Positions 11,301-23,027 of a stretch of 33,092 nucleotides of DNA are shown in pieces. The stretch is taken from contig JALMLS010000493.1 in NCBI GenBank assembly GCA_038496445.1, positions 1 through 33,092 on the forward strand. Direction: 5' to 3'. Origin of the DNA: Trichosphaerium sp. ATCC 40318 (taxonomy: Eukaryota > Protista > Tubulinea). The notes under the pieces were generated by a model. The model searched no databases. It was given only the letters and a program-made list of their open reading frames with translations, and had not been told where the DNA came from. Numbering within the stretch: the first letter of the stretch is position 1; the number at the start of each line of letters is the position of its first letter. Both the position numbers and the translations under genes were made by a program.

Positions 11301-14300
11301 GTTTCATACTCATGGTAACATCGAAATCTTCGTTTGAAGGGGCTTTGTGCTCGTTAGGTTTAATACAACGGATGTAATTAGGCTCAGTCTTATTAATCGT
11401 GGCCATTAAACTGTTTAGTTGCTCCTTTAGGATAAATTAGAATTTTATGTGAGATATTTCCAAACATACTCTGAATTGCCCAGAAAGGGATGTCTTCTTA
11501 CGTTGAAGAGCACCAACCTCAGCAGCTACTAAGCTAGCGAGTCGAGCTACTTTACTAGTAGCAATACACTAACCAGTAGGTCAATATATTTAACCTTTTA
11601 GAATACTCTTGCGTGCCTCAACCAAATCCATGTACATCTCGTCCTTATTTTTATCGTAGAAACCACGTGAATCGTATCGCACCTCACCTGCGTAGTGCAC
11701 CAAATCGAAAGCATCAGCTACCTTGACTGGATTCTTAAAACGTGGATGGTCCTTGTGGACGCGGCAAATCTTGCCATGCCAACCCTTGTCATCTGAAGGT
11801 GTGAGCAAAAGTAAAGAAGAAAAAAATCAGAAAGTACCTCCTTTTGGCGTCTTCAATTCATCATCCAGCATGACCAATAGACCTTTTGGTTTCTAACAAC
11901 ACAATCAAAAACAATGTGAAACGTGAGGTTTGGTACCTTTTCAACAAGATCGAGTACAACTTGATTATCAATGAAATCAATGTGGTCAAAGTTAATTCTA
12001 TTTGTACAGTTTTAGTATTCATCAAAAAAATTGGTAATGTTTTGTACCTTTCACGTTTGTACACAGCTTCTTCTTCCTTAAATGTGGTTTGATTAAACTT
12101 TTGCTGTAACTTTTCGTTGGCAAAGTTAATACACATTTGCTCGAAGCTATTATGCTATTGGATTGTTAACTGGAGTTTTATATGATGTCCAGGTCGTACA
12201 TCAAAAATTTCGAAACCGAAGATATCCAGAATACCGATTGTCTTTGTTTTTTGACTTCCCAAGTCCTCACCCAAGAAGGTGTTGATACGTTGTACCAAGT
12301 AATCGAATAAACGAGTGTATAAATGTTTCGCTAGGGTGTCACGACAATCACACGCTTTGACAGGGTTGAGAGGAATTGTCGTAGGTGGTTGCCCAGGAAT
12401 AATCATAATTCTAATCAACGTAAATATAACATTCTGGGCTTTGCGGCTTTTTACCTTTCCGTAAGACACTTCTCAAGATGGCCAGGGTCAACAGCGAGGA
12501 GCTCAGCAGCCAATTTTACATCTGAAACACTGTGTTAAGGGCGGTACTCTGGGTTTTTCAGTACCTTTCTTATTTCCTGATTTAATTTGAGAGCCTTCAG
12601 CACGTCCTTTGTTGCCTTGCAAACGGTTTAGCACAGTAATCACTAAAGATTTTACGTACATGAATCAAATCCAATATTTCCGACATACATGATACCAACA
12701 GTTGTACGGAAGATGAAGTCAATCTCATCAGGAGAGAAGTTGAGTACTTTCAGGGCTTCCTAGGAAAATTATTAGATCATGTTAAATGGAAACACGATGA
12801 ACGTACAAACATTTCCTTGTATTCCTTCTCATCGTCCATTCCCTAATATTGTTACTTTCCAAAAAGTCACTAAAACTGATACTTACTTTTACGACTGGAT
12901 CGGTCTTGTTTGTGTACACATAGTCTTTTGGCGTTGTGATGTGATACTTGGCTTTCGTAGCCGAATCAGCCTTACACAGCTGGTAGAAAATATGGAAATC
13001 TAGCAATAATTAACCAAAACAACACCAGTGAAATTGCGTACTCCTTTCTCCTTTCGCTTGATGAACTACACGCGCTTTCTCAAGCAAATAATTTAGAATT
13101 TTGGCACCACAAATTTTGCCTGTTCTTTCAAAATGGACCTCAATCCATTTACCCTACAAATTTTATGATCACGTGAGAAAACGATATAAATAAAATTTTC
13201 TGAAAATTAACAGCCCAAACCGTACGAAGCGAGAAGAGTTATCATTCCTGATTGTTTTAGCATTACCAAACGCTTCTAGTACAGGGTTCGCTAGTAGAAT
13301 TTTTTGCTCAACACCTGTTGTACTTCCAGCCACTTCAGCTAGGTATTGCAAGATAACTACGATTACCAAAGTTAATACCAGCAAGTTGTATATTTAGTAC
13401 GCACTTTTCGTGTTTACAGTCTTTCCAGCACCAGACTCACCGCTGTGAATTGTTTTAGTGCACTGAAAAATCACTGTTTTTGTGGTTTTACCCAAACGAT
13501 CGGAAAAACAATAAAGCGCAGCACGTACGATACAAGAATAGACTGATTCATACCACCCTCTTCGAATAATCGCTTGTAGCAATCGTCTGCAATAATATAT
13601 GGATGCGGTTCCATTTCTGTGTCACCTCTGTAACAATAAATAAGGATTTTTTCGCAAAGATGGAAAAAACGAAAATTACGAATGCCTCAAAGGCATTGCT
13701 TACCGCTTTCTGTATGCCTCCATTATGAACGGAGTGTACAAAGGCAGCATTTTGTATGGATTTATCGAGATAAGGATAGTACCGACATTCGTCTAGGCAA
13801 GCTTGTCAACAAAAGAAATGAATGGTAGTACTAAACGCACGTAGATCTTATTCTTTTCGCAACGTTTTTTAATATTCCACATGATCAATGGTCGGTTCAT
13901 GTCATCCAGCAATACCTTGAGTATAAATTAGCTTCAGTGCATACGCAACAGTGAAAAAAAACTCGTACCAGATCTTCTTTGAGTTGAACAAGAGAAGTTC
14001 GCATAACGGGGATGAGTTTCTTTTTTCGCGAGTCCACCGTATAAGACTAATCACGTGCGTTAATGGCCACTTTGTTTAATTTTTAATTAAGATAAAGTTA
14101 TTATCAGCCCTCAGAGCCCGTACCATCCCCTGTTCAGACTCTAATTCGACTACGCCTTTCCCGACTTCTCCGCTAACAAAAGCGTTAAAATACTTGTGCT
14201 TCTAAACTTTGAAAGGCAAGAAAAATGGGTACCTCACAACTCTCACCGGTATGTATGCTTCAACTTCATCTTCCATCCATACCCAATCGCCCTAAGCGTG

Positions 14301-14571
14301 GTCAATAAATAAAACTCAAAGGGCGCCCGCTCGCTGGCAAATCACGTGTTTGTTTTATTTACACGTGGGTTAGTTTGTATGTTGGCTGCCAAAGCGAAAA
14401 GTACACGGCAATGTATTTTTAAAACAAGACTAGGCGACGCTTGCGTACCGATAGGCCTTGCTCTCCCTCGTCCATAAGCTCTGCCGGTTTGTCCCATGAG
14501 GTTTCACCAGTCCTCTCGTTATAAAAGTAGACATAACCCTCAGGCGTCTTGTACTCGCTCCAACCAGACAT
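8395..14571 (-). CDS. Unconventional myosin, probably class IV: N-terminal WW, motor domain, degenerate IQ, helical tail, C-terminal MyTH4
   Basis: WW domain [29 protein letters not shown]; P-loop GESGAGKT; [18 protein letters not shown]; [10 protein letters not shown]; [14 protein letters not shown]; VHYAGEVRY; MyTH4 [17 protein letters not shown]...[16 protein letters not shown]. The WW-motor-MyTH4 layout without FERM matches class IV myosins. Confidence 0.92.
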
Positions 14572-15006
14572 TGAAAGTTGTTATTAGCGCACTAAATTTG
14601 TTGTTTTGGCTTCTGGAGGTATCTCTTTGATCGCAGTCTATCAAAACAAACTACAATATGCCAGATGGTACGTATGCTTTGCTAAGGTGTGAACCCTTGT
14701 AGTCAAAGCCAAAAATATTAACCACAAGAAGTAAAAGGAAGCCAGTAAAATGTGCGCTAAATCACATCAAGCGACACTGTAAGCGAGGCGCTTATAGCAG
14801 GGCACCAACACAAACATAGAACTGTATTAACACTTGTTAACGCCCAAGAAACCGCTTTATAGAAAGGCACAACGCGCAATAATACAACCTGATAGCGCAC
14901 TCACGGGGTGTAGTTACAGTCTACAACACACTAAAGAGTGACATGTAGCCACGAGCACGGTTGAAGCGAGTTCTGATTTTCTGTTTGTAAAAAAAACCAA
15001 GGCGTC

Positions 15007-15852
15007 TTATTTCGTTTCCTGCGCCTTCACCCAAGTCTCGAATGCGAAAAGACCCTTTTCTCCAGGATCAGCGTATTGCATCAAGTCCTCTACTTCGTGA
15101 TCATTCAATTTCTCGCCGATAGAGGAAAATGCGGTTTCTACCTATTGCAGTGTCAATAAAACACCACGTGAGAGTGTTTGATAAATTACCTCAGCTGAAA
15201 TGACATTGCCGTCATCTCTTTGATCGAACACAGCGTATGCTTGGCGCACATCAAGACCCATATCTAATGTAGATTAGCAAACATCACATACCAACAACAA
15301 AAAATATTTTACACCAGTTTTGAAATAACGCCTATTTATGAAAACCACGTGCTAATCTATTAAAACGAATTATGTATTACATACCTGAGGAGTAAGTTGT
15401 AGCTTGGCTAGCTATTTTTGAGAACTACAGTGCGGTTACAGAGGAGAAAAACGTTTATCTTTTTAGGTATACCTCGTCATAGGTTACTTTTCCTTCTTCG
15501 CCACCGACACCTTCGGTCAGTTTAGCTACTTCTGCTTCAGTTGGCACTTTGCCTATTAACAAAAGAATAAATACAAAAGACCATTTATAGTATCAACTGT
15601 ACCTACTGCGCGCAAAACGTCACCGACTACATCTTTCAAGATGGTACCTGAGTCGCATAAGTGAAAAAGTAAATACAAGCCTCATACCATCTCCGTTGAC
15701 GTCCCAAAGCGAGAATATTTCCCGGTCGTCGCCTCTTGGCGGTGCTGCGCCCTTTGGCTTTGGAAGTTTTCTGCGGATACCGCCACGTGAAGGAGCTATT
15801 GACAGGTGAGTTTTCTCGATGTAACAATCACCCACGTACCAGTTCTACTCAT
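15007..15852 (-). CDS. EF-hand protein, myosin essential-light-chain / calmodulin-like
   Basis: Spliced translation: MSRTAPSRGGIRRKLPKPKGAAPPRGDDREIFSLWDVNGDGTILKDVVGDVLRAVGKVPTEAEVAKL...QAYAVFDQRDDGNVISAEVETAFSSIGEKLNDHEVEDLMQYAD. GDVLRAxGxxPTEAEV is typical of ELCs. Confidence 0.8.
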
Positions 15853-16069
15853 AGTGGTTTAGTTGTTTGACTTTACAGAAACAAATGTACACCAAAAATC
15901 TGCAAAAAAAAAACCACCAAGCGTTTTTCTTGTCCTTGCGCCTGTTATTTGTGTTCATCCAACGCCTTTTGAAAAAGGTTCCGTCTCAATTAAGCCATGT
16001 ATTTTCATATTCAATTCGCTGCCTACGCCACTACACCCTCGCAAACGCAATTTCGGTTGTAGAATAAGA

Positions 16070-17191
16070 ATGGAATCAGTTGAAGATCAGATAGAGGAGC
16101 AATTACGTGATGCTAACTACGACGAGGATGCAGACGACGATTTCGTACCAGGTGGGTATCGATGCTAAAACGGTTAATTAATTTTCTCAGAGGATGACGA
16201 CGAGCCAGAAGGGATGACATTTGGTGATAATACGACTAAAGCGAAGCCTCAGATCAAGTATGAGTAACTTTTCACCAAATTGACTCATATCCATTTAGAA
16301 AACGTAAAAGAGCTACGCTGGAAGACTTGGACGGCGTAAAGAGACAAAAAATTAACGAGGAAGAAAACGAGGCTGATGCACAAGAGGAGGAGGCCAAACC
16401 CATCGTCAACTCTGCTATTGATCATTTGTTTGCCTCTATGCAATCGACAGTAGCGCCAAAGAAAAAGAAGAAAAAGCCATCTTCAATGGATGACATCTTC
16501 GCCCGTACGCATTATTTTCAGACGCAACGACCCAATTTTCCGATTTCAACTTGACACATTTTCATACAGAGCTTAACAACCCAAAGAAGAGCAAAAAACA
16601 AGCTCCAAAGAAGAAAGCACCCAAAATCGCAACTGTATCAGATTTATGGAGCACCCTAGAGAGCAAAGACGCAAAGGATAAGCTTGTTGAGGATGCTAAG
16701 AAGATGAAAAGCGCATTAAAAACCAAAGATGATGACACAGAAGTAATAACTGAGACATACGAATTCGCAGGTCAAACAATCACGTACGGTGATATAGTTT
16801 ACAAGAGTAGTAATTAACGTGGATTTGACAGACGCGAAAAGAGAGTGAAGAAACAGGCCAATGGCGAGAAAGACATAAGTACACTTCCAACCAGAACTAA
16901 GAAGAAATCCGCACTTGCAAACGTATTAAAGGGCGTGAGTAAAGTAAATTCCATGGCGAAATCAGCAATGGACTGGGATCAATTTAAAGAGAAGGAGAAT
17001 CTTGAAGAGGATCTTGCAAAGAATAGACAGGATGGGTATGTGTTTGTAACAACGACATCCAGTGACACTGTTTTAGGTATTTAAAGAAGCAACAATTTTT
17101 GATAGAAGCCGATCACGCCGATTTAGACCGTGAGCGGGTTGTAAGGGATATAAATAGGCGTCGGAGAGATGCGAACAAACCTAAGAAGTAG
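16070..17191 (+). CDS. CFDP1: BCNT-domain protein (CFDP1/Swc5, SWR1/SRCAP complex)
   Basis: Acidic N-terminus (YDEDADDDFVP), TETYEFAGQTI, and the C-terminal BCNT motif KVNSMAKSAMDWDQFKEKENLEEDLAKNRQDGYLKKQQFL. Confidence 0.88.
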
Positions 17192-17523
17192 ACTGACAGG
17201 AATTACTTATTGTACCGGAGACTGTGTCAGCAAAACTGCGGCAGTAACGGAGCTACGCTACAAGCTACAGGCGGAATTGTACAGGAACGAAAAAAAAGGG
17301 GTGCTTGTGTGTGCAACCACCAAAAGAGAAAAAATAAAAACAGCTTGACACTGCACTGAATGAATTGTCCATCGCAACTGGTGACCTCCTACGCCGGCGT
17401 CGTGCGCCTTATTTTGAGTAGCGTAGATAAAGGCGGGAAAATGCAGTAAAAACCCGCGCTTAAGTCTGGTGCATACAATTTAGTATTTGTTTTTAACGCA
17501 CTAACACAACACATAGCAATACA

Positions 17524-18302
17524 ATGGTACCCCAAAGAGAACATTTATGGTAATTTATAGCGCTAACACAGTTTGCAAGGTTGATCAACTTTCCGAAGAC
17601 CAAGTAGCAGAGTTTAAAGAAGCCTTCTCTTTATTTGACAGAGATGGCGATGGTGCTATCACAACAACAGAATTGGGCACCGTTATGCGCTCTTTGGGTA
17701 AGATCAGTTTCGATGAGTTGAAAAGGAGTTGAAACTAATGAAATGTAAAGGACAAAACCCTACTGAATCAGACCTTGCTGAAATGATTCAGGACGTCGAC
17801 TCTGATAAGAGTGGCACTATTGATTTCCCTGAGGTACGCAATAGCGCGGGAAATAGCACTAACGCGCACTCAACCATTTTTACACGCGCTCACTCGTTTA
17901 GTTTTTGAGCATGATGGCCAAACAAATGAAGAACGAGGACACAGAGGAAGAGATCCGCGAAGCGTTCAAAGTTTTTGACAAAGACGGCAACGGTTTCATC
18001 TCCGCCGCTGAATTGCGTCATGTTATGACAAACTTGGGTGAAAAGTTAACTGATGAGGAAGTTGATGAAATGATCCGCGAAGCTGACGTCGATAACGACG
18101 GTCAAGTACGTGGACAATCTTTTTTCTTTTTTTTTCTTTTTGGCAGTACTGCTTGTTTTTAGCTGTTTTAGCGATATGCTATGCGACTAGGACGTAATTT
18201 TAACACTAGTTTTTTTGGATAATTTGTTTTTTGTTTGTACTGATACTAATTTTACTCTAGATTAATTACGATGAGTTTGTCAAAATGATGCTCTCCAAGT
18301 AA
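17524..18302 (+). CDS. CaM: Calmodulin
   Basis: ATG followed directly by an intron (17527-17579), then [25 protein letters not shown]...[67 protein letters not shown]. Four EF-hands. Confidence 0.97.
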
Positions 18303-18567
18303 TTTTATGTACATTATGCCGAATAAAATCATGGTTGATTTTATTATGTCTCTTGTTGCAAACCGCGCCATTTTTTTTTATTATATTTCGTAGCTGCCAG
18401 TGTTCTTTTGTGAAAGTACGACTACTTACTTCGCCACCACAAGGCTCGTGGGAAAAGCTCAATTACGCTCGCAAGGTTTAGATTTTTGTGTATGAAAAAG
18501 TAGGAATGAGAACTCTGTAACTTTTCAGTTTAGTTTAGTTAGAGCATAATTTTAACTTTACGTTAAT

Positions 18568-20130
18568 ATGAGCATCTTCTCTCTAAAGAAGGGCGAAGTA
18601 CGCGATGTAGAAAATAGCCTGGCGCGGTTTTATACGCAAAAAGCGCGTCCAGTTGATTTTAAAACAATGCAAAAGCCTGTACGCATGCGTAAAAAGGGTA
18701 CAGACGGCAAAACGTTTCAATCAGTGCTTGGTCTCCCAGAAAAAGAGCGCAAAGATCGTATAAAAACGCCTTGGGTCTTATCAGACGAAACAAAGAAAGT
18801 ACAATTTACTGGCAAAATAAGAGGCATGCCGCAGTCTAAATCTAAATACTACGTATTCTTGAGGGAGCCTGTACGTATTTACGTCTTTTCGGACGTTTCC
18901 TGGTTTATTTAAAACGTTTTGGCCTTCAGTTTTTTTTCTGGTTGACAAAATAATTTTTTTTCAACACTTTTCCTCAACCGACTTGTCTTCAAAAACAAAA
19001 TCAGGCCTTTGATAAACTTCCAACCTGAACTTTCCATAAAATACCTAACTACGAGATTAAGAATTCAAAAAACGTTTTTCGAGTAGTACCACTGAATCAC
19101 TGGTATGTGTTTGAACCGTCAAAAAGTCTTAACGTCAACAACGACATGACGAACGAAGAAGTGACTAGACAGGTTCGTATTCTTTTCGTTGTTGTAACAC
19201 TTTCTAAACTGGGGTACTTGTTAGATGAAAACAAACACCAAGAGGCAATTTATATTTAATACAATTAAGAAAGAAAAAACAGCTCCAGAGGAAGACGACT
19301 CTACTCCGTCATTGTACGTTCTCTTGTAGGTGCCTCCAATGGTCACTCATATTGTATCTAGTGTATACAGTGCAAAGAATGCTGATAAAGGCGAGAATGT
19401 TGACTATGATGACGATCAAGCAGATGATGCTGATGAAGATCTAGAATTAATGAAAACTCAAATGGAGGTATCTAAAAGATTCTTTTAAATCATGTCACTC
19501 ACTGCCATATCCAGAATAAAGAGCAACAAAATGAACTAACTGACAATGGCCGCGATATTAAACGTGTACTACAAAGAATGGAAATGGATTTTGTTGACTC
19601 CGACGAGGTAGGACATTCTTGGTCTTTTGTTTCATCGCAAAAAAAAATTAACTTTTGATTTTTGTAGGAGGAAGAAGAACCACAAGATGAGGAGGAACAA
19701 AAAGGAATAAAACGTCAACGTCCTGTTGAATTTGAAGTATCCGAAAATATCAAAAAGAAGCTCCGCAAAGATGTACACCTTTACTTTTTTTCTTTGAAAA
19801 AAACTGTTCAAATTCTTACTTTATCTTTACAGCTCGATGATGCCAATAGACCCGTCAACCGAGAACAGCAATACCTAGGTACAATTCATCACCATTGTTA
19901 CTTCATCAAGATTGTAATTAATTGTTCTAGATAACGAGTTTCGCGAAGAGCTGCGCAAATTTGTCATGGTCAGAAGACAGGTTACTGTTAATGAAATTGG
20001 TAAACGCTTTAAAGTGTTAATCCAGGATCCTGAAGGAAGAAAGCGTGTGATTCGTGTCACAAAGGAAATTTTAAAGGAACATACAACACAGGATGGAAAG
20101 AAATTATTTATCCTTAATGACTTTGCGTGA
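18568..20130 (+). CDS. GTF2F1: Transcription factor IIF alpha subunit (RAP74/Tfg1)-like
   Basis: PWVLSDETKKVQFTGKIRG...KYYVFL...FRVVPLNHWYVFEP fits the RAP74 N-terminal pattern (PW.L...F.G...G...YY.F...F...P...WY.F.P). It is followed by an acidic linker and a C-terminal winged-helix-like segment (EELRKFV...VTVNEIGKRFK). Confidence 0.8.
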
Positions 20131-20269
20131 GCCACAGACAATGTAAAGATGTCGCAAAAAAAAAAATCTCTGTTAAAATAAAATGTCGCCTTGTTTCTTG
20201 TTCACTTTGTCAAATATTTATTTTACATGTACTCATTTGTCTTTTGTGTTTTTTAAACAAGTACGCTTT

Positions 20270-22747
20270 CTATGATACAGTATAGATTGTAGATGTCATT
20301 AGATTTTTTTCTGTATTATCTGATTGATCCTGCAATCCAAGGGGCATATCCAACAAAGGTTTACCTTTGCTCACATTCAAGGATGACTTTAAATCTGGTC
20401 TAGAAGTAAACACTGTTAGTCGAGTATTTTATATAATCAGACATACCTGAAATGAGCAAGTGTTGCAATGATAGAATCGACATCACCTTCTTTCCACCAA
20501 AATGGTATGGATATCACTGTAATACCTATTTACTTTATCAGATTGTGTATTTTTCCTTCGAGCTAACACTTACCGTAAACTTCCCTGCATGTGATCATTT
20601 TGTCAATGTCAGTAGCTTGTTGGATCTTTGTAGGCCCATAAAAAGACATATTGTCTAAATAGTGATGCTCGCCCTGATATTCAAAAGCGACATTGATTTT
20701 GGGTACAAATACATCCAGAGTAACTTTTGATCCATGTGTGCCAGGTGTATACTCCTCTAAAATATCATACAATGGGTATATAGACTTAACAGCATCTTTC
20801 AAAGCTCTGTACAAAGAACAGGGATAAGAAACAAGTCTTTTAAAAAAATTATAAGGTGAACCTTTGACGTGATTTCTTCTGTGTTCTGGTGATCATTGAC
20901 GAGTCCAGTTCAGGGTAGAACTGATAAAGTACAGCTGGCCAGTAATTAAGCATTCCAGGGCCTCCGTATTTCTCAACTTGAGAGTACGAAACACGATACC
21001 AGTCTGCCACTGCTTTAATACTTAGTTTCTCCTCTATTCTCCTAATACCATTGACTAGGTTGTCTGCTTCATGCCAAAACCTGAATACCCTCGACTCTAC
21101 TTTAAGGTAAGTCCGTCATTAATAAGAAATATTTACCTTTCCTCTGTCTAAATTTACTCATGTCCCAATCTACGTCTGGATACACATTGTGGAGCATCGC
21201 AGGAATACTACCAAAATACCTTGATAATAGTTAGCGCGTTCGGTTCACTTTCCTTTGTTCAAAAGTGTTAAGAGTAAATGACATACACGTAACAGCCACC
21301 ACCAGAAACACTACCGAGTTGACTTGTTGAAATAGAGTACCAGTCATTCAAGGTATTTATATTCAACAGTTCTTCAGCCTATTCAAAGAAAAACAATTAT
21401 TAGATTATGTATGTTATTTTAACCTGACCATACTTCACGAATAAATACATCCTGGTTTGCTTCTGAGGCCCAATATCCCTTTTTCTTATTTTCTGATAAG
21501 TTAGTAGATGCAGTGCACAACGACCTTATAGTAGACGTACTGAAGTTTGAAGACAGCCATGCAAAATCGGGATAAATATATTTAACAAAATTTTGATGAG
21601 ACCAGCCAAAGCAGCTTGCCAAGAGGCTCTGTCCTCCAGCTTCCATAACATCACTACCACTTATTGAATACCAATCCGATACATGCATTATACCAAGTTT
21701 CTCTTCAAGCTAAAATTTTTGAGCACGTGATTGTCAATCATTTTGACCGGACATGTTTTGCATACTCAAAAATATTCTCAGGTACATCCCAAAAGCTTCT
21801 CTGTACTTGAGCTTAGAGATAAAGCAAGTTAGAGAAGTATTAATGCATTAGTTAATACCAAACGCCCATGGGATCCATCTGAATTCCGGGTAGAAGTACT
21901 TGAGCATCTCTAAAAGTGAACCTCCGAAATAGCTAAAACTGAACTTTAGGTTTAGTATGCTGGAGCACACACTTACGCAATCAAACCACTACCCTGCATA
22001 TTTGTAATATCTCTAAAGCTTTTTTTATACCAATCAGATATAACGTTGATACTCAAAGTCTTCTCTGCCTATTGTAAATGTTCTAACGCTAAAGCCTTTT
22101 CTTGTTTGGACCTACCTTTCGAATGAAAGCCATTCTATTTCCAGTGTCTTGCCAATACGGAAATGATAACTTTGCTATTACAAAGTAAGCTCTTCGTATA
22201 AGAAGATACAATTTGGTAAAGGAGCAAAGTAAACTCGAGTTTAATGTCACTTCTTGTTTGTACAATTTCACTTGAATGGAATAATGACGTACGTAAGGAC
22301 TTGGAACGCCACTTTTGTTGTGGATATAACTCGCGTAGCAATTTAAGAGGTGAATTATTGTAGCAGCTTGTACTGAAGTAAGTGTGACATGTGTCAAAAT
22401 ATCAAAGTACTCTAATACGCTAGAAACGCCTTCTATGCTAATTATTTCTGAATACGCGACATTCTCCCATTCGTTCAAACAGTACAAGCCAAGTTTTTGC
22501 TCAACCTGCGTAACAGTCATTTTATTGGATGCAATGCTTTGACAATCGCACGTTCGTAACTACGGCAATTTGATTGGATTTATTCTGCCAGTCTGAATTA
22601 CCTACAAATGAGTGTTGGTCATCGTGCAAATACATTATTAACTGCTTTTAACGTGTTGTTCCTAAAAAGATGGTGGTACATACATTTGACACACGTAGAG
22701 TCACTCCCAGAGCCCGCCATACTCCGTGCAAATGCTATACGCGACAT
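20270..22747 (-). CDS. Uncharacterised protein with five ~70-aa Trp-rich repeats and a C-terminal PD-(D/E)xK (Vsr/DUF559/RAP-like) domain; start codon uncertain
   Basis: Repeats follow W....N...FI..(A/L/V/I)EEKL.I....DWY.(V/I)S...(I/V)...GG..L...Y/F..S....L...YP(E/D)..W. The C-terminus reads LDVFVPKINVAFEYQGEHHY...DIDKMITCRE...GITVISIPFWW. Confidence 0.8.
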
Positions 22748-23027
22748 TTAAGCTGCTATGCGATATTCTTCATGCAGAATTAGCGAAACTACATCCAATT
22801 GGCGCTGATAGAGCAGTTGAGAGCGAATTTATTCTTGTGTAGCGAAAAGAAACGTTGACGAGTTTTGAAAACTATCCTACCGCTCTTTCAACAAATTCTG
22901 GTCCTTTTGTTAGTTCGCCCTTGCTCTTTTGTCATTCGTGCGAAATGAAGGGCAAGAACGAATAGACCCTTTGGGCTACTTATATTTTAGTTCCATTTCA
23001 GTCTTATTTATTTACAGTTTTTCTAAT

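Noticed and set aside
8753-13003. Plus-strand ORFs over the myosin gene (and similar antisense ORFs such as 4192..4413, 7014..7280, 7825..8109, 29405..29617, 31415..31801)
   Set aside because: They are antisense shadows of real exons with no recognisable protein features.
14572-15006. snoRNA or tRNA in the myosin/light-chain intergenic region
   Set aside because: A CTGA is present, but I found no C box, terminal stem or cloverleaf.
15314-15331. Possible micro-exon inside a light-chain intron
   Set aside because: Including it breaks the downstream frame; skipping it gives an intact EF-hand protein.
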